From the NCBI RefSeq assembly GCF_036971445.1, contig NC_091477.1:11160001-11224000 (forward strand): a DNA stretch of 64,000 nucleotides, in the 5' to 3' direction. Below the pieces are notes generated by a model, which ran no database searches, was not told the DNA's origin, and was given only the letters and a program-made list of their open reading frames with translations. This DNA is from Narcine bancroftii. Taxonomy: Eukaryota. Positions 36,571-49,920 of this stretch are shown piece by piece (the first letter of the stretch is position 1; each line of letters opens with the position of its first letter). The position numbers and the translations under genes were made by a program.

Positions 36571-36894
36571 GTGTAAGCTCATTTCCATGGTTATTAAGTG
36601 CCATATTTAATAATATCCTAAAGGTCCTGGGTTTTAGTTCTAATCTATAAAATTCCATGCTTGGAATAGTTGACAACTGAATTCTTACTGCCATATCTTA
36701 TTGCAATACAGTCAATTTATATTGTTCTCCCACCCCCTCAACACACAGAGCTTTGCACAAAGAACCACACTGAGAGAGTTAGGCGCTGTCATGACAGTTC
36801 AAATGGTAAAACCAGCCCATGAACTAAAGTTTCTGTGCCAGTGCATTTGCTCTTAATATCAAGGACACCATACCATTATAACTCATTCTGGTAA

Positions 36895-37565
36895 AGTTCA
36901 AAGTTCAGATTTATTGTCAGAGTACATCCGTGACTTCTCATACAACCGTGAGATTTATTTTCCCGTGGGCAAGGCTGAATTACCTCTTTTTGATAATGCA
37001 AACAAAACTGTATTCTAGAAGATACATATACATGTAAACAAATAAAGAAAGTTTAAAAACTGACAGCGATGCAGCGAGGAAAAATAAATCAATGAAGAGT
37101 CCTTAAAAAAGTCTCTGATTGAGTTTATTACTGAGGAGTCGGATGGTGTTCCTGAACCTGGTGGTGCGAGTCTTGTGGCCCTTAAACCTGTGTCCTGATG
37201 AGTGCAACAAGAGCAGAGTGCGTGCTGGGTGATGTGGATTCTTGATGATTGCTGTTGCTCTCGGAAGTCAGCGTTTCCTGTAGATGTTCTCAATCATTGG
37301 GAGGGTTTGCCTGTGATGTCCTGGTCTGTGTCTACTATCTTTTGCAGGGCTTTCTGCTTCGGGAGATCAGTGCCCCCCCCACCCCCACCCCCCCAAACCA
37401 GACTGTGTTGCAGCCAGTCAGCACATTTTGCACCACACATCTGTAGAAATTTTCCAGGGTTTTTGATGTCATACCAAACCTTTGCAAACTTCTGAGTAAG
37501 TAATGGCCTTGATATGCTTTCTTCACGATGCCTTTAGTGTGTTGGGTCCAGGTAAGATCATCCAT
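36895..37565 (-). mobile_element. Rex1/Babar-like LINE 3' fragment
   Basis: DDLTWTQHT..VKKA.Q..Y.LR.L.RFG....L.NFYRC.V..VLTGC.TVWFG, typical of the Rex1 ORF C-terminus. Confidence 0.85.
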
Positions 37566-38599
37566 ACTGCACTAGATTGTATCAGACTGGAGTCCAAACC
37601 AAAGACCTCTTGGATTTATACAGCTCTGCTACTTACAAGGCAAATTTGTTGAGTCTTCAGATAACTCCAAACAAAGAATCTTTTGCAGGTGATATCCATA
37701 AAGATTTCCAAAAAAAGTTCCCAGGTTTATCTGTGTAATTGTACCTCTTCTCTCTAATGGAAGGCTTCTGAAGTCTCATTTGCTGAGCTATAGAAACCAT
37801 AATTTGTGTTGTGTATACAGAACTATTTCACAAACTGTTAACGGACAGTTATTGCCTGGAGGAAATAATGATATAATGATTAATCCTTTAAATACCATGC
37901 CCCCTTGATAATTTCAACACCCACAGACTTTGTGTGGAACAGCTGCAGAAATAGGGTATTCTGGAGCTTCCATTGCTGAAAGCTGTAAAACTCAGTTACA
38001 GTAACAAATGGTTCCATGTGAATTCAATATCTTTTTCTAATTTTCCGTATTAAGGCAGATTTGATTTTGCACTATCAAAGCATCCAAAATATTCTTGCAA
38101 TTAATAATTGGTTTCATGCTTGATCCTTTATGATCACTTTTCTAACCTCTGCTGTTTCAAATCAGCCCCTTCATCTATCATTCTTCAGTCACCAAAAGAT
38201 TGCAGACTGATATTGGCAGAAGATCGGTGTAGCAGTTTCGTTTTGGGAACATGGTCCCGCTACCTCCGGGAGTTAAGGTCAAAAGCAGCCCAGATGGAAA
38301 GGCTGGAGGTCTTCAGAATCTCTGACGTGGGACAATGTGTTTAAAAGTCGCCATTCACTCCTGGGGCTTGAGCTTACATCCAGACCTGTCTGAGGATGAA
38401 TTTTCATGCTCATAGTCCTTTCTTAAACCTTAACTCTCTGAGTACAGCATTTACTTAACTAAATACCTCTAGTATATATATATGTATGTATATGTACCTG
38501 CATATTATATAGGTACTTTGGGACGGAAGGATCGGCCGTATCTCAAAATGGATGTAAGTCGGAAATTTGCCCACACGCGTGGAGTACGGAAGTCTCAAA

Positions 38600-40025
38600 A
38601 CAAACTTTTCCTTTAAAATTATTTTGAGTTTTATCAGAAAAACAAACAAAAAAGAAATCAATTTCAATGATACTTTTGCATATTTACAAATATATCGTAC
38701 AGTAGCAATAATACTTAATTCTAAATCCAATAAATGGTAATACATACAATAGTATAAGAGACAAGTAAGAAAAAAATGAAAAGAAAAAAAAAAGACAAAA
38801 GTTCAAACCTACAGCAATCAAGGTTAAAATTCATTTTGTACCAAGTGTTAAATCTAAACAAGCGGCCTCAGGAGATCCAAACAAGCACGTTCAGTGACAT
38901 TCATTACTCAAATGATGGAAGTGAGCTAGAAATGGGCCCTGTCTTATCAAAAGAAATCTTGATTTTTGTGACATTATGCCTAATTTTCACCAGATTTAAA
39001 AAAGACAATGATATCTAATGGCCATTGATGGGAATTTCTGTGAGGGGAGTTTGACAATGTGGTGACTTCCTGTCTTTCTTACGGTTGATAAAGTTAAAGA
39101 ATTTCATATATGTTACATTCTAAAATGATATGACAATAATAGAACCTTTACCTTTTATCTTTCCATTTTAACATACTTGCTCTTCTTGCTAATAATATAG
39201 GGAATGCTATAACCTGTCTTTGATTGGAAGATAAAATAATATATTCTTTATATCTTTAGCAAAACTAAATATGCAATGACCGGACATGGATCTAAAATGA
39301 TCCTAAATAAGGTTGAAAATTTTCTAAAAACGTCGGTCCAATATTTTTACAAATTAGGGCAAGTCGAAAACCTCTGTAACAAAGAGGCGTTGAATATTTT
39401 GCATTTGTCACAAAGTGAACTAATATCAGAATAAATTTGAGCAAGTTTCACTTTGGAGAAATGGACACGATGTAGCACTTTGAATTGAATAAGACCATGC
39501 ACAATGAGGAATCGTAAATCAGGCCAAAATTTAAGTCCATTCTTCTTCTGAGAAAGAGATATTCAAATAATTCTCCCATTCATTTTAATTCCACTTAAAG
39601 AAATTGCTTTCATATTCAATTGTTTACAATATAAAGCAGATATTATGCCTTTATGAGTAAATTGTAACTCAAAGAGTTCATTGATAAAATTGGAGTCAGG
39701 AAGAGTCAGAAATGTTAAAAGCTTAGAGCAAACAAAATGTCGGATTTGATAGTATCTGAAATAATGTCTATTTGATAGGTTAAATATCATCCCCAATTGT
39801 TGATATAAAATGTTGTTGTATAAAAAATATTTTTAAAATTATTAATACCTAAAAATTCCATTCTTGAAAACTGGCATTTAAAATAGCTGGATGAAATAAA
39901 TAATTAGATATCATCGGATTTATAGTTAAAGGAAACTTTTTAAATCAAATCTTTTCTTCATCATAGATTTGACAATAACAACTTAAAGCTTCCTGAATTT
40001 GTTGATCAAACTTGGTGAATCTTTT
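38600..40025 (-). mobile_element. Degraded L1-like LINE 3' region
   Basis: HYFRYYQIRHF and LIQFK.LHR.HF.K.KL..I....S.LC.KC on the minus strand. Confidence 0.75.
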
Positions 40026-40116
40026 CACATTTTGGTCCATGGTTACCTTGTTAGTTGCCCCCCCCCCCCCCCCCCACTACCTCGGGGTCCGGAGGCTGGG
40101 CACAATAACGAGTCTT

Positions 40117-40264
40117 NNNNNNNNNNNNNNNNNNNNNNNNNNNNNNNNNNNNNNNNNNNNNNNNNNNNNNNNNNNNNNNNNNNNNNNNNNNNNNNNNNNN
40201 NNNNNNNNNNNNNNNNNNNNNNNNNNNNNNNNNNNNNNNNNNNNNNNNNNNNNNNNNNNNNNNN
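40117..40264. other. Assembly gap (148 N)
   Basis: N run. Confidence 1.
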
Positions 40265-41852
40265 AGAAATCAGACTGCTCAAACTACAGGGGAATCACGT
40301 TGCTCTCCATTGCAGGCAAAATCTTCGCTAGGATTCTACTAAATAGAATAATACCTAGTGTCGCTGAGAATATTCTCCCAGAATCACAGTGCGGCTTTCG
40401 CGCTAACAGAGGAACCACTGACATGGTCTTTGCCCTCAGACAGCTCCAAGAAAAGTGTAGAGAACAAAACAAAGGACTCTACATCACCTTTGTTGACCTC
40501 ACCAAAGCCTTCGACACCGTGAGCAGGAAAGGGCTTTGGCAAATACTAGAGCGCATCGGATGTCCCCCAAAGTTCCTCAACATGATTATCCAACTGCACG
40601 AAAACCAACAAGGTCGGGTCAGATACAGCAATGAGCTCTCTGAACCCTTCTCCATTAACAATGGCGTGAAGCAAGGCTGTGTTCTCGCACCAACCCTCTT
40701 TTCAATCTTCTTCAGCATGATGCTGAACCAAGCCATGAAAGACCCCAACAATGAAGACGCTGTTTACATCCGGTACCGCACGGATGGCAGTCTCTTCAAT
40801 CTGAGGCGCCTGCAAGCTCACACCAAGACACAAGAGAAACTTGTCCGTGAACTACTCTTTGCAGATGATGCCGCTTTAGTTGCCCATTCAGAGCCAGCTC
40901 TTCAGCGCTTGACGTCCTGCTTTGCGGAAACTGCCAAAATGTTTGGCCTGGAAGTCAGCCTGAAGAAAACTGAGGTCCTCCATCAGCCAGCTCCCCACCA
41001 TGACTACCAGCCCCCCCACATCTCCATCGGGCACACAAAACTCAAAACGGTCAACCAGTTTACCTATCTCGGCTGCACCATTTCATCAGATGCAAGGATC
41101 GACAATGAGATAGACAACAGACTCGCCAAGGCAAATAGCGCCTTTGGAAGACTACACAAAAGAGTCTGGAAAAACAACCAACTGAAAAACCTCACAAAGA
41201 TAAGCGTATACAGAGCCGTTGTCATACCCACACTCCTGTTCGGCTCCGAATCATGGGTCCTCTACCGGCACCACCTACGGCTCCTAGAACGCTTCCACCA
41301 GCGTTGTCTCCGCTCCATCCTCAACATCCATTGGAGCGCTCACACCCCTAACGTCGAGGTACTCGAGATGGCAGAGGTCGACAGCATCGAGTCCACGCTG
41401 CTGAAGATCCAGCTGCGCTGGATGGGTCACGTCTCCAGAATGGAGGACCATCGCCTTCCCAAGATCGTATTATATGGCGAGCTCTCCACTGGCCACCGTG
41501 ACAGAGGTGCACCAAAGAAAAGGTACAAGGACTGCCTAAAGAAATCTCTTGGTGCCTGCCACATTGACCACCGCCAGTGGGCTGATAACGCCTCAAACCG
41601 TGCATCTTGGCGCCTCACAGTTTGGCGGGCAGCAGCCTCCTTTGAAGAAGACCGCAGAGCCCACCTCACTGACAAAAGGCAAAGGAGGAAAAACCCAACA
41701 CCCAACCCCAACCAACCAATTTTCCCTTGCAACCGCTGCAATCGTGTCTGCCTGTCCCGCATCGGACTGGTCAGCCACAAACGAGCCTGCAGCTGACGTG
41801 GACTTTTTACCCCCTCCATAAATCTTCGTCCGCGAAGCCAAGCCAAAGAAGA
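40265..41852 (+). mobile_element. Young RTE-clade (BovB-like) LINE with uninterrupted RT ORF (to 41796); 5' end lost in the gap
   Basis: About 510 stop-free codons: NYRGITLLS, ESQCGFR, FVDLTKAFD, GVKQGCVLAP, LLFADD, FTYLG, and a C-terminal CxxC-H-C finger. Confidence 0.97.
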
Positions 41853-41875
41853 ATATATATAATATATACTATACA

Positions 41876-42260
41876 TTCGTATTATATGGCGAGCTCTCCA
41901 CTGGCCACCGTGACAGAGGTGCACCAAAGAAAAGGTACAAGGACTGCCTAAAGAAATCTCTTGGTGCCTGCCACATTGACCACCGCCAGTGGGCTGATAA
42001 CGCCTCAAACCGTGCATCTTGGCGCCTCACAGTTTGGCGGGCAGCAGCCTCCTTTGAAGAAGACCGCAGAGCCCACCTCACTGACAAAAGGCAAAGGAGG
42101 AAAAACCCAACACCCAACCCCAACCAACCAATTTTCCCTTGCAACCGCTGCAATCGTGTCTGCCTGTCCCGCATCGGACTGGTCAGCCACAAACGAGCCT
42201 GCAGCTGACGTGGACTTTTTACCCCCTCCATAAATCTTCGTCCGCGAAGCCAAGCCAAAG
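41876..42260 (+). mobile_element. Second RTE 3' end, apparently identical to the adjacent copy
   Basis: Repeats 41465-41848 at +412. Flanked by atatactataca at 41864-41875 and 42261-42272. Confidence 0.93.
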
Positions 42261-42269
42261 ATATACTAT

Positions 42270-42620
42270 ACACACACATCCCCAATCCCCCACACACACA
42301 CCCACACATCCCCACCCCCCCACACACACACACCCACACATCCCCACCCCCACACACACACCCACACATCCCCACCCCCCCACACACACCCACACATCCC
42401 CAACCCCCCACACACACACCCACACATCCCCACCTCCCCCCACACACACACACACATCCCCACCCCCCCCACACACACACATCCCCACCACCCCACACAC
42501 ACCCACACATCCCCACCCCCCCACACACACACCCACACACACACCCACACATCCCCACCCCCCCACACACACCCACACATCCCCACACATACACACCCAC
42601 ACATCCCCACACACACACAC
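42270..42620. repeat. C/A-rich compound satellite (cacacacccacacatccccaccccc)n
   Basis: Seen directly; the minus strand is rich in G-tracts. Confidence 0.95.
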
Positions 42621-43824
42621 AGAATAGCAATTACGATAAGTAGTGCAGTTTTTCTGTCTCTGTAAGCAGACGCTGTAACTTTGTCAATGTTTGCTGTTGG
42701 TCTCTTCAGCATGAGCTCAAATCTTAGGAAAGGTTTGTAAGTGGTTTTAGAATTCTAGGGCAGTGAAAATAAAGCCAGGCAGATCCTGCTGGAAATGTGG
42801 ATGATGGATAAAAGCATGATCAGGATATGCGCCTTCCATTGTTTAGTGATGGAGTCAGTGAGTCATACAGCAGAGAAAAAGGATTTTCATCCAAACTGTT
42901 TACATGCCATCCTTTGTACCTGGTGACACTGATCTCATTGATATGCATTAGATCTGAAGCCTTTAGGTCTTTTGAGAGTGGGGTGGGGGAGTGGGATGGG
43001 GAGTTTTACTCTTCTCATCCAGGAGAATACTTCCATTTATCTTCTTGCAACATCAGAATGATGCAAAGTGTTTTGCAATCAATGAAAAACTATGAGCTGT
43101 AGTCACTGTGATTTAGTACAAAAGGCTGTATGCACCCAATTTGATCACACCAAGTCTATCAAACTGTGGTGCGATAATGCCCATATGGATTACTTTAGTG
43201 ATGTGAAGCAGGGGATAAATATTGTTCAGGAAGCTGTTGATGTATGTGTGTATACATACATACATGGAAAAGAAACTAGAACATAAAACTCTACAGGGGT
43301 TTTTACATGGAGAAGCTGCCCAACTCACGATCTATGTAAAAGGGTAATGTGGAAGGTGGATTCAGCCTTTACGCAGAATGTGGATCACTGAGTCCTTCTA
43401 CGTTGCGACCTGGCTTCCCAGAGCAAAAGGGGCAGGACCTGAAACGCAGCAGCACTGGCCTCTGCTATGATGTAGTGAAATCGCTCTGAACACAATGGAG
43501 GCTGAACAGCAGGTACCAGTGCTAGCCGAGTACCTTTCTTGCTGTATTCGAACTCAAGCCAATCTTCTGCACATCATAACTGCTGAGTTCGCAGGTGGCT
43601 AATTAAAAAATTTGTGTGCCTCGGTCGCAGGCTGAGAACGTCATCAGCCATCCCCCTTTCAAGCCAGTTTTAGCACTCATCACTTTACACAGGAGGTGGT
43701 CCGACTTTGCTCCACCTTTGACACTAGGTCCCTTGGCAGAGGAAACAGAGCAAAATAGACCTGCCAATCCACCTTTCTTGCAGGAAAGTGAAGTGTATAA
43801 AGGACAGAGGAAAGCTGTTTGAGG

Positions 43825-44470
43825 GGCTTCTAGCACAGTATAGGCCCCTCAGCCCTCAATGTAGAGCCGACCTATATATTCCGACCAAAAAATACTAAAA
43901 TTTACCTTGTAACCCTCAGAGTCTTTTAAATGCCCCTATTGTTCTAGCCTCCACCACCACCATTGTCAAGGCATTCCAAGCACCTACAACTTTCTTTGTA
44001 AAAAAACTTACCCTGATGTCTTCCCTAAATTTTCCTCCCTTCACTTTGTACATATGTCTTCTGGTGTTTGCGATTCCTGCCCTGGGAAAAAGGCACTGGC
44101 TCTCCACCTTATCTATACCTCTCAGGATCTTGTAGACCTCTATTGCTTCCTCTCATCTTTCTTCCCTCCTAAGAGAAAAGTCACAGTTCTGCTAATCTTA
44201 TTTTCCAATCCATGCAATATCCTGTTAAATCTCCTCTGCACCCTCTCCATATCTTCCACATCCTTCCTATAATGAGAAAACCAGAATTGAACACAATACT
44301 CTAAGAATGGTCTCACCAGAGATTTGTAGAGTTGCAACATGACCTCTTGACTCTTGAATTCAATTCCCCCTAATAATGAAGCCCAGCATCCACAGGCCTT
44401 CTTAATTGTCCTACCAACCTGCGTGGCAACCTTGAAAGATTAACTATCATTTCAACCTGTGCAGCAAGCT
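43825..44470 (-). mobile_element. CR1 LINE 3' fragment
   Basis: LQLYKSLVRP.LEYCVQFW..HYRKD...ERVQRRF. Confidence 0.9.
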
Positions 44471-45019
44471 TCGTGTTGCTATTCCTTGATCACATTTTGC
44501 CTGATAAAACCTGTTGTAATGGAGGAAATATGATACCCAATTAATGATTAACAAGATCGCACAAATAGTACACTAGAAATTGTGTTAACCTAGTCTGCTA
44601 AGGGCTCATCTTTGCCTCATGGAGAACTACATTGGGCACTGTCACCGTGCTTTAAAATCTCAGATAGGATTTGGATGACCAGTGTTGTTGCTGGTCTCTA
44701 GCAGATCCAGTTTATTCCCTTGCTCTGGGCTATTTCATTATTTTTCACGTAGCTATGCCTTTGTCCACCTGCTGCCTGTTCAAGCCTCTCTCCCTGTGTG
44801 GGCATCTATTTCTTTAAGGCGTGTACATCATGCTGAGGTCAAGGAGGAGAGGAAGAAAAAGGGCATAAAATAGCAAAGAGCATGGGGAAATGCCCTGTGG
44901 GAGGTCCATTAAGTGAAGGGGCTATTCGTTGCTGTACTATACCACAGTACCAAAGCTCCATATCTTGAGTGATTCTGAGGCACTCAGTCCTGTAATTGGT
45001 TTAAGCCAAAAGAAAATTA

Positions 45020-45440
45020 TAAAAGAACATAAGAAATGGGAGCATGAGTCAGTCATCTGGCCTGTCGAGCCTACTCCGTCATTCAAATAAACCATGGATG
45101 ATCTGGCCATGAACTCAGCTCCACTATCTGCCTTTTCCCCATAACCCTTAATTCTCCTACTACTGTGCAACAGTCTATTTAACTGTGTCTTAAATATATA
45201 TAATAAGTAGTCTCTGCTGCTTCCTCGGGCAGCGCATTCCAGATTCATGAATCTCTGGGAAAAGCAGTTCCTCTTCATCTCCATCCTAAATCTACACCCC
45301 CGAATCATGAGGCAGTGTCCCCTAGTTATGGTCTCACCTCCCAGTGGAAACAACTTTCTTGTCTTTATCTTATCTAACCCTTTCATACTTTTTTTAAATG
45401 TTTCTATGAGATTCCCCTGTCATTCTTCAGAATTGCCGAG
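45020..45440 (-). mobile_element. CR1 LINE 3' fragment
   Basis: MKGLDKI...LFP..GE..TRGH; continues at ~45980-46130 after a Penelope insert. Confidence 0.85.
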
Positions 45441-45444
45441 AGTA

Positions 45445-45980
45445 CAGATCACTCCTTATTGGCTATCCCCCCCTCATCTCTCTAGCCACTTGGCCTTAAC
45501 AACAACTTTTCTGGTTTCTGTTAACCTGCTCTCCTCTTCCCTCTGCCCCCTTCCCTTCCGCTTTCCAGTTCTCCTCCCTACCTTCCCCCTCCATTCACCT
45601 AGCCATCCCTCCTCTGCTTTATTGCTGTGGTCCCCTCCCTCCCTTCTCCACCTATCTCCTCCAGCTTTTGCGACCACACCTCTTCCACACCCCCAACCCC
45701 CGCACTTTTGTTCAGATGCCTGCCGACATTTTTCCATACCTCGATGAAGGGGTTTAGCCCGAAACGTCAGCAATGTATTTTTACCTTTGCTATATAAAGG
45801 ACACTATTTTTTTTTTTAATATTTTTTATTTCTTGTGCTATGAGTCATATCAATAACAACATCCACTAATGATGATCATCAATATAGACATGGCGACATT
45901 TCTTCTTTATCCCCCCTTTCATCCCTCTCCCCTTGGACCCTGTTTGACTTGCTGAGTTTCTCCAGCTTTGCGGTTTTACT
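45445..45980 (+). mobile_element. Penelope-like 3' end nested in CR1, itself interrupted by a T-rich L1-type tail (~45805-45935)
   Basis: tcgatgaaggggtttagcccgaaacgtc at 45741-45768; the tail resumes at tgtttgacttgctgagtttctccagc. Confidence 0.7.
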
Positions 45981-46134
45981 TTCCCCTCATCCCTGGAATC
46001 AATCTGATGAATCTCTCCTGCACCAACTCTAAAGCTAGTATATTCTTTCTCCAAAAGAGAGACCAGAAGTGCATACAGTACTCCAGGTATTGCCTGTCCA
46101 GAATTGTGTGAAGAACATCCCTGCTCTTTTATGA

Positions 46135-46640
46135 CATTCAAGATTCAAGATTGATTTATTGTCATGTCATAAAACACAAAATTTCTACTATATGTGAGAC
46201 AAAAATTCAGTATTAGCAAAAATTGCCAAGCACCCCAGAGAAAGAGAAGCAAAGGAGAGTCCCCCCAGGGTCACTGAATGTTCATAGCTTTACCTCAGGT
46301 GCTTTGCAGCCACACAGCCTTCAGTCCGAACCATCAGCCACCTAAGCTCCAGATGCACACCTCTAACATGATCAGGAAGCCTCCAAGGCCCTTTTGCATC
46401 CCTTTTCTGATACCTAGTACCCCTTCAGCCAGTCTCCAGAAGTCCATGGCCAGGTGTGAATTCTTGGTGTCCACAGTCGCCAGCAGCCCGCAGCCTGCGT
46501 GGGTTCCTCACCTCGAGTCACCAGCTACCTGTGTGATCTTCAGCCAAGGAGCCCCTCTCTCGTCTGCTGCAGTGGTCACCATGCCATGGCTTGTCTCTCC
46601 TGCTTTTCCTTCTCAAACTGGGGATGATCTTCTTGTTTCT
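46135..46640. mobile_element. Second copy of the unclassified repeat at 1-1150
   Basis: Shared segments as noted for 1-1150. Begins with ttcaagattcaagattgatttatt, a LINE-type tail on the minus strand. Confidence 0.6.
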
Positions 46641-46689
46641 AATCTCTTGAGCAATGAATAGAAAATGTGTTGGAATATGATGGAAAAGA

Positions 46690-47170
46690 TTCAATCAGAA
46701 TCAGAATTTATTGTCATGAACAAGTCATGAAGTTCAGTGTTTTGTGGCAACATCACAGTGAAAACATTCATATTATAACCATCTTACAACATTACTATAA
46801 AAAATAAATAAAAATAATAGTGAACAAAAAGTCAGGCAGTGTCTTTGGTTCATGGATTATTCAGGAATTTGATGGCAGCGGGGAAGAAGCTGACCTTGTG
46901 CTGTTGAGTGCTCATCTTTAGGCTCCTATACCTTTTCCCCGATGGTGAAGAAGTCAGGCTGGGTTACGGGGGTCTTTGAGGATAGAGGCTGCTTTTTTAA
47001 AACACCTCGATGGAGTGAAGTCTGGTGCCTGTGATGTCGCAGGCCGAGTTAACAACCCGCTAGAATTTATTCTTGTCATGAGTGTTGGCGCCTCTGTACC
47101 AGGCAGTGATGCAACCAACCAAAATGCTCTCCACTGTACACCTGTAGAAGTTTACGAGAGTCTTTGGTAA
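46690..47170 (-). mobile_element. Rex1/L2-like LINE 3' fragment
   Basis: atcagaatcagaatttattgtc tail; ..HKVSFFPAAIKFLN ORF end on the minus strand. Confidence 0.7.
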
Positions 47171-49309
47171 CAATCAGGGTAATGTTTCATGGTTGCTGTT
47201 TTATGATCTTGCTGGAATGGATGCTTGTATGAACTGTGGATGGAACTGGAATTAGGTTTGTGTGGGGCACCATGTGTGGACCATTGGATAATTTCAACCA
47301 CATCTCTCATGCCCCCTCTAGTGGCCTCTCTCTTCCAAAAATTCAACTGAAAACTACAATCAAGTGAGTTGGAACAGTACGTGACATTAAGTAAACATGA
47401 AATCTTATCAACAGTTTCACCAATAATTTCTGTTTTTATTTGTAGTGTTTGTATTTGCTGTTCTGTTCCCTCTCAATTAGTTCAGAAATACAACATTAAG
47501 CTTCTTCCCATGGGCAGTGAGAATGCTGAATGACCTGGGGAACCGCTCACACTGACCACCCAAGGCTCTCATATTCAAGAAACAGCATTTATTTGTTTAT
47601 TTGTGTAGATGAAATACTCGTCCTGCATGTGTATTGTTTGTTCGCAAGTGTGCTATGTCTAGTTGTGTGCCTGCATGTTTTACACCGAGGACCAGAGTAC
47701 GCTGTATTGATGGGTTGTACTTGTACAATCAGATGACAATAAACTTGACTTGAGCGTTTCTGCTCTCTCATGTAGTGATAGGGGAACTCCAGTAATTTGG
47801 CAACCTTGGGACTTCTGTGATGCCCAAATAGTAAATATTCTGTACTATTTGATATTATTCATTTAACACCGAGACACTTTTATTCCATGTTATTTGCATG
47901 TTACAAAGTAGCATAATACATTTTTTTTTGAGTGAAAATAGTGAGCTTAAAGAGATCAGGGAATATGCAAACACTCTGGATCCCAGGTCTGGCCACAGAG
48001 CTATGTACGCTCCTGGCCCCTGTTGTTCCCACCCACGGGCCCCAGCTCCGAGCACACAACTGATTCACAGTCCACATCCCAGACTGTGTCTTTGTTTGAA
48101 AAGAATGAGGCAGAGGTTAATTTGTAGTTCATGTATATCAGCTGTTAAGTAACTTTAGAGTTGCTGGGGTTACTGCTACCTGAAGGAACTGAGTCATGTA
48201 GTTAAATATTGCAGCATTATATGTACCATGCTTTATGTTCATTTGAGAGTCCCTTTTGGAATAAATAGGCCTGTTACTTGATGCTCTAAGAGTGAATGCA
48301 CTTTGTAATACCCACAGTGCAGTACAGGAACCCAAATACACCACAGAAAATAGTTAATGAAGGCATATTTTAGATAGGGAATTGTGTCTGCTGTACATAT
48401 CTTCAACGTGACTCAAACCAAAGGGTATTTTAAAGATAATGGGGTCAATTTTAACCCTTAGGGACAGGATAAAACATGCAATATTGAATCAGACACCCAT
48501 TATACATGCAGTTCAATTTTCATTTCCATTATGGTCAATAAAAAGGAAAATCAGTCACAGTGAACATCAGGCCACTCACTGATATTACCTGCTCAACATT
48601 TTTGATCAAAGTCAAATCAATTAATTTGCTTACATTCACAAGAGAGGATTTCAGAATGTGGTCAGTAACAGAGGTTTAATGTTATATTAATGAATTTGAG
48701 AAATGTGGCTCAATCATGGAGATTCCTTTCATTAGTGTATAGAATACTATTAAGCCCATGTAAGTAAGTGAGGAAACATTAACAATAAATGACACTTGGT
48801 TGACAATGTCATATCCCGTCTAATGGGTAAGTGGGCCTCATTGTGCCCTCTTCTATCTGGTGAAAATTTCCTTATATTCCACAGTTGTCCTCTTTACACT
48901 GTGTCTTTGGTGACCATTAATCGACCAGATTATTATTCAAAAAACATCCTCTTCAGATGTTCTTTTGGGAGTAAAATGTATTGGATTTATCCAGTTTGAG
49001 TTCAGAGCTATGGCCACGTGGTCGACTCCACAAACTAATTAATCTGAAGACTATTATGATGTGATGTGTGTTAGAAGCACATGGAAGACCTTGAATGTTG
49101 GAATCTGAAGACAAACCATCTGAGTGGGTCAAGCAGCATCAGTGGTGTGAAAAAATGGTCGAACCAGTCTCAAAATAATGTTTCAGCTCGAAGCATTGAC
49201 CATTATTTTTCCCCCACTGATACCGTTGAATACGAGAGTTTATTGTCATATCTGTAAGTATATGTACAGATGTATCAGAATTCTTACTTACTGTAACCAC
49301 GTAAGTATG

Positions 49310-49920
49310 TAAGATATACCAACTGGATGCAGACTGGGATATTGCATCATTGAACACCTTGGCTCTGACCTCCACAATAGTGTGGATCTCCCAGTGGCCA
49401 CCCATTTCGATTCCCTGACCCATTCATTGCCGAAATGTCTGTCCATGGTTTCATGCACTGCCAGACTGAGACCACCTTCAAATTGGAGGAACAACACCTC
49501 ATCTTCTATCTGGGCACCCTCCAACCAGATGGCATTAACATCGACCTCTCCAACCAGATTGCATTAACATAAATTTCTCCAGTTTCTGTTAACTGTGCCC
49601 CCTCTTCTTCCCCCTGTCACCTTTCCCCCAGCTCTGTCTCTCTTTCCCTCTCTCTTCTCTTTTCCCTCTGTCTCCTTTCACAAAGCCAAAGTCAATTCTC
49701 ACCTTTCCTCTTATCATATCTAATTAACACGTTTTGACTATTGGTCTGGACTCTCCCTACCCCTCCACCATTCAAGTCTTTGTTCTGATGCCTTCCTGTT
49801 TTTTTTTGCTTGTGCTTTGGAGAAGGGCTCAGGCCCAAAACATCCGTAGTATATCTTCACCTCCTGCGGACGCTGCAAGACTGGCTGAGATCCTCCAGCA
49901 TTTCTGTGTGTTTTTATTAG
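49310..49920 (+). mobile_element. Penelope-like GIY-YIG end plus tail
   Basis: DLPVATHFDS..HS, LEEQHLIFYLGTLQPDGINID; tail gaagggctcaggccc. A 29-bp duplication lies at ~49520-49578. Confidence 0.85.

Noticed and set aside
38500-38605. CpG-containing Tigger-like fragment
   Set aside because: It is too short, with no paired TIR or TSD to support a call.
40012-40264. N-terminus of the 594-aa ORF
   Set aside because: It is an artefact of reading through an N gap; only 40265-41796 is real RTE ORF.
41869-42712. Long Cys/Val/Gly- or His/Thr/Pro-rich ORFs
   Set aside because: They are translations of a low-complexity satellite and of antisense RTE.
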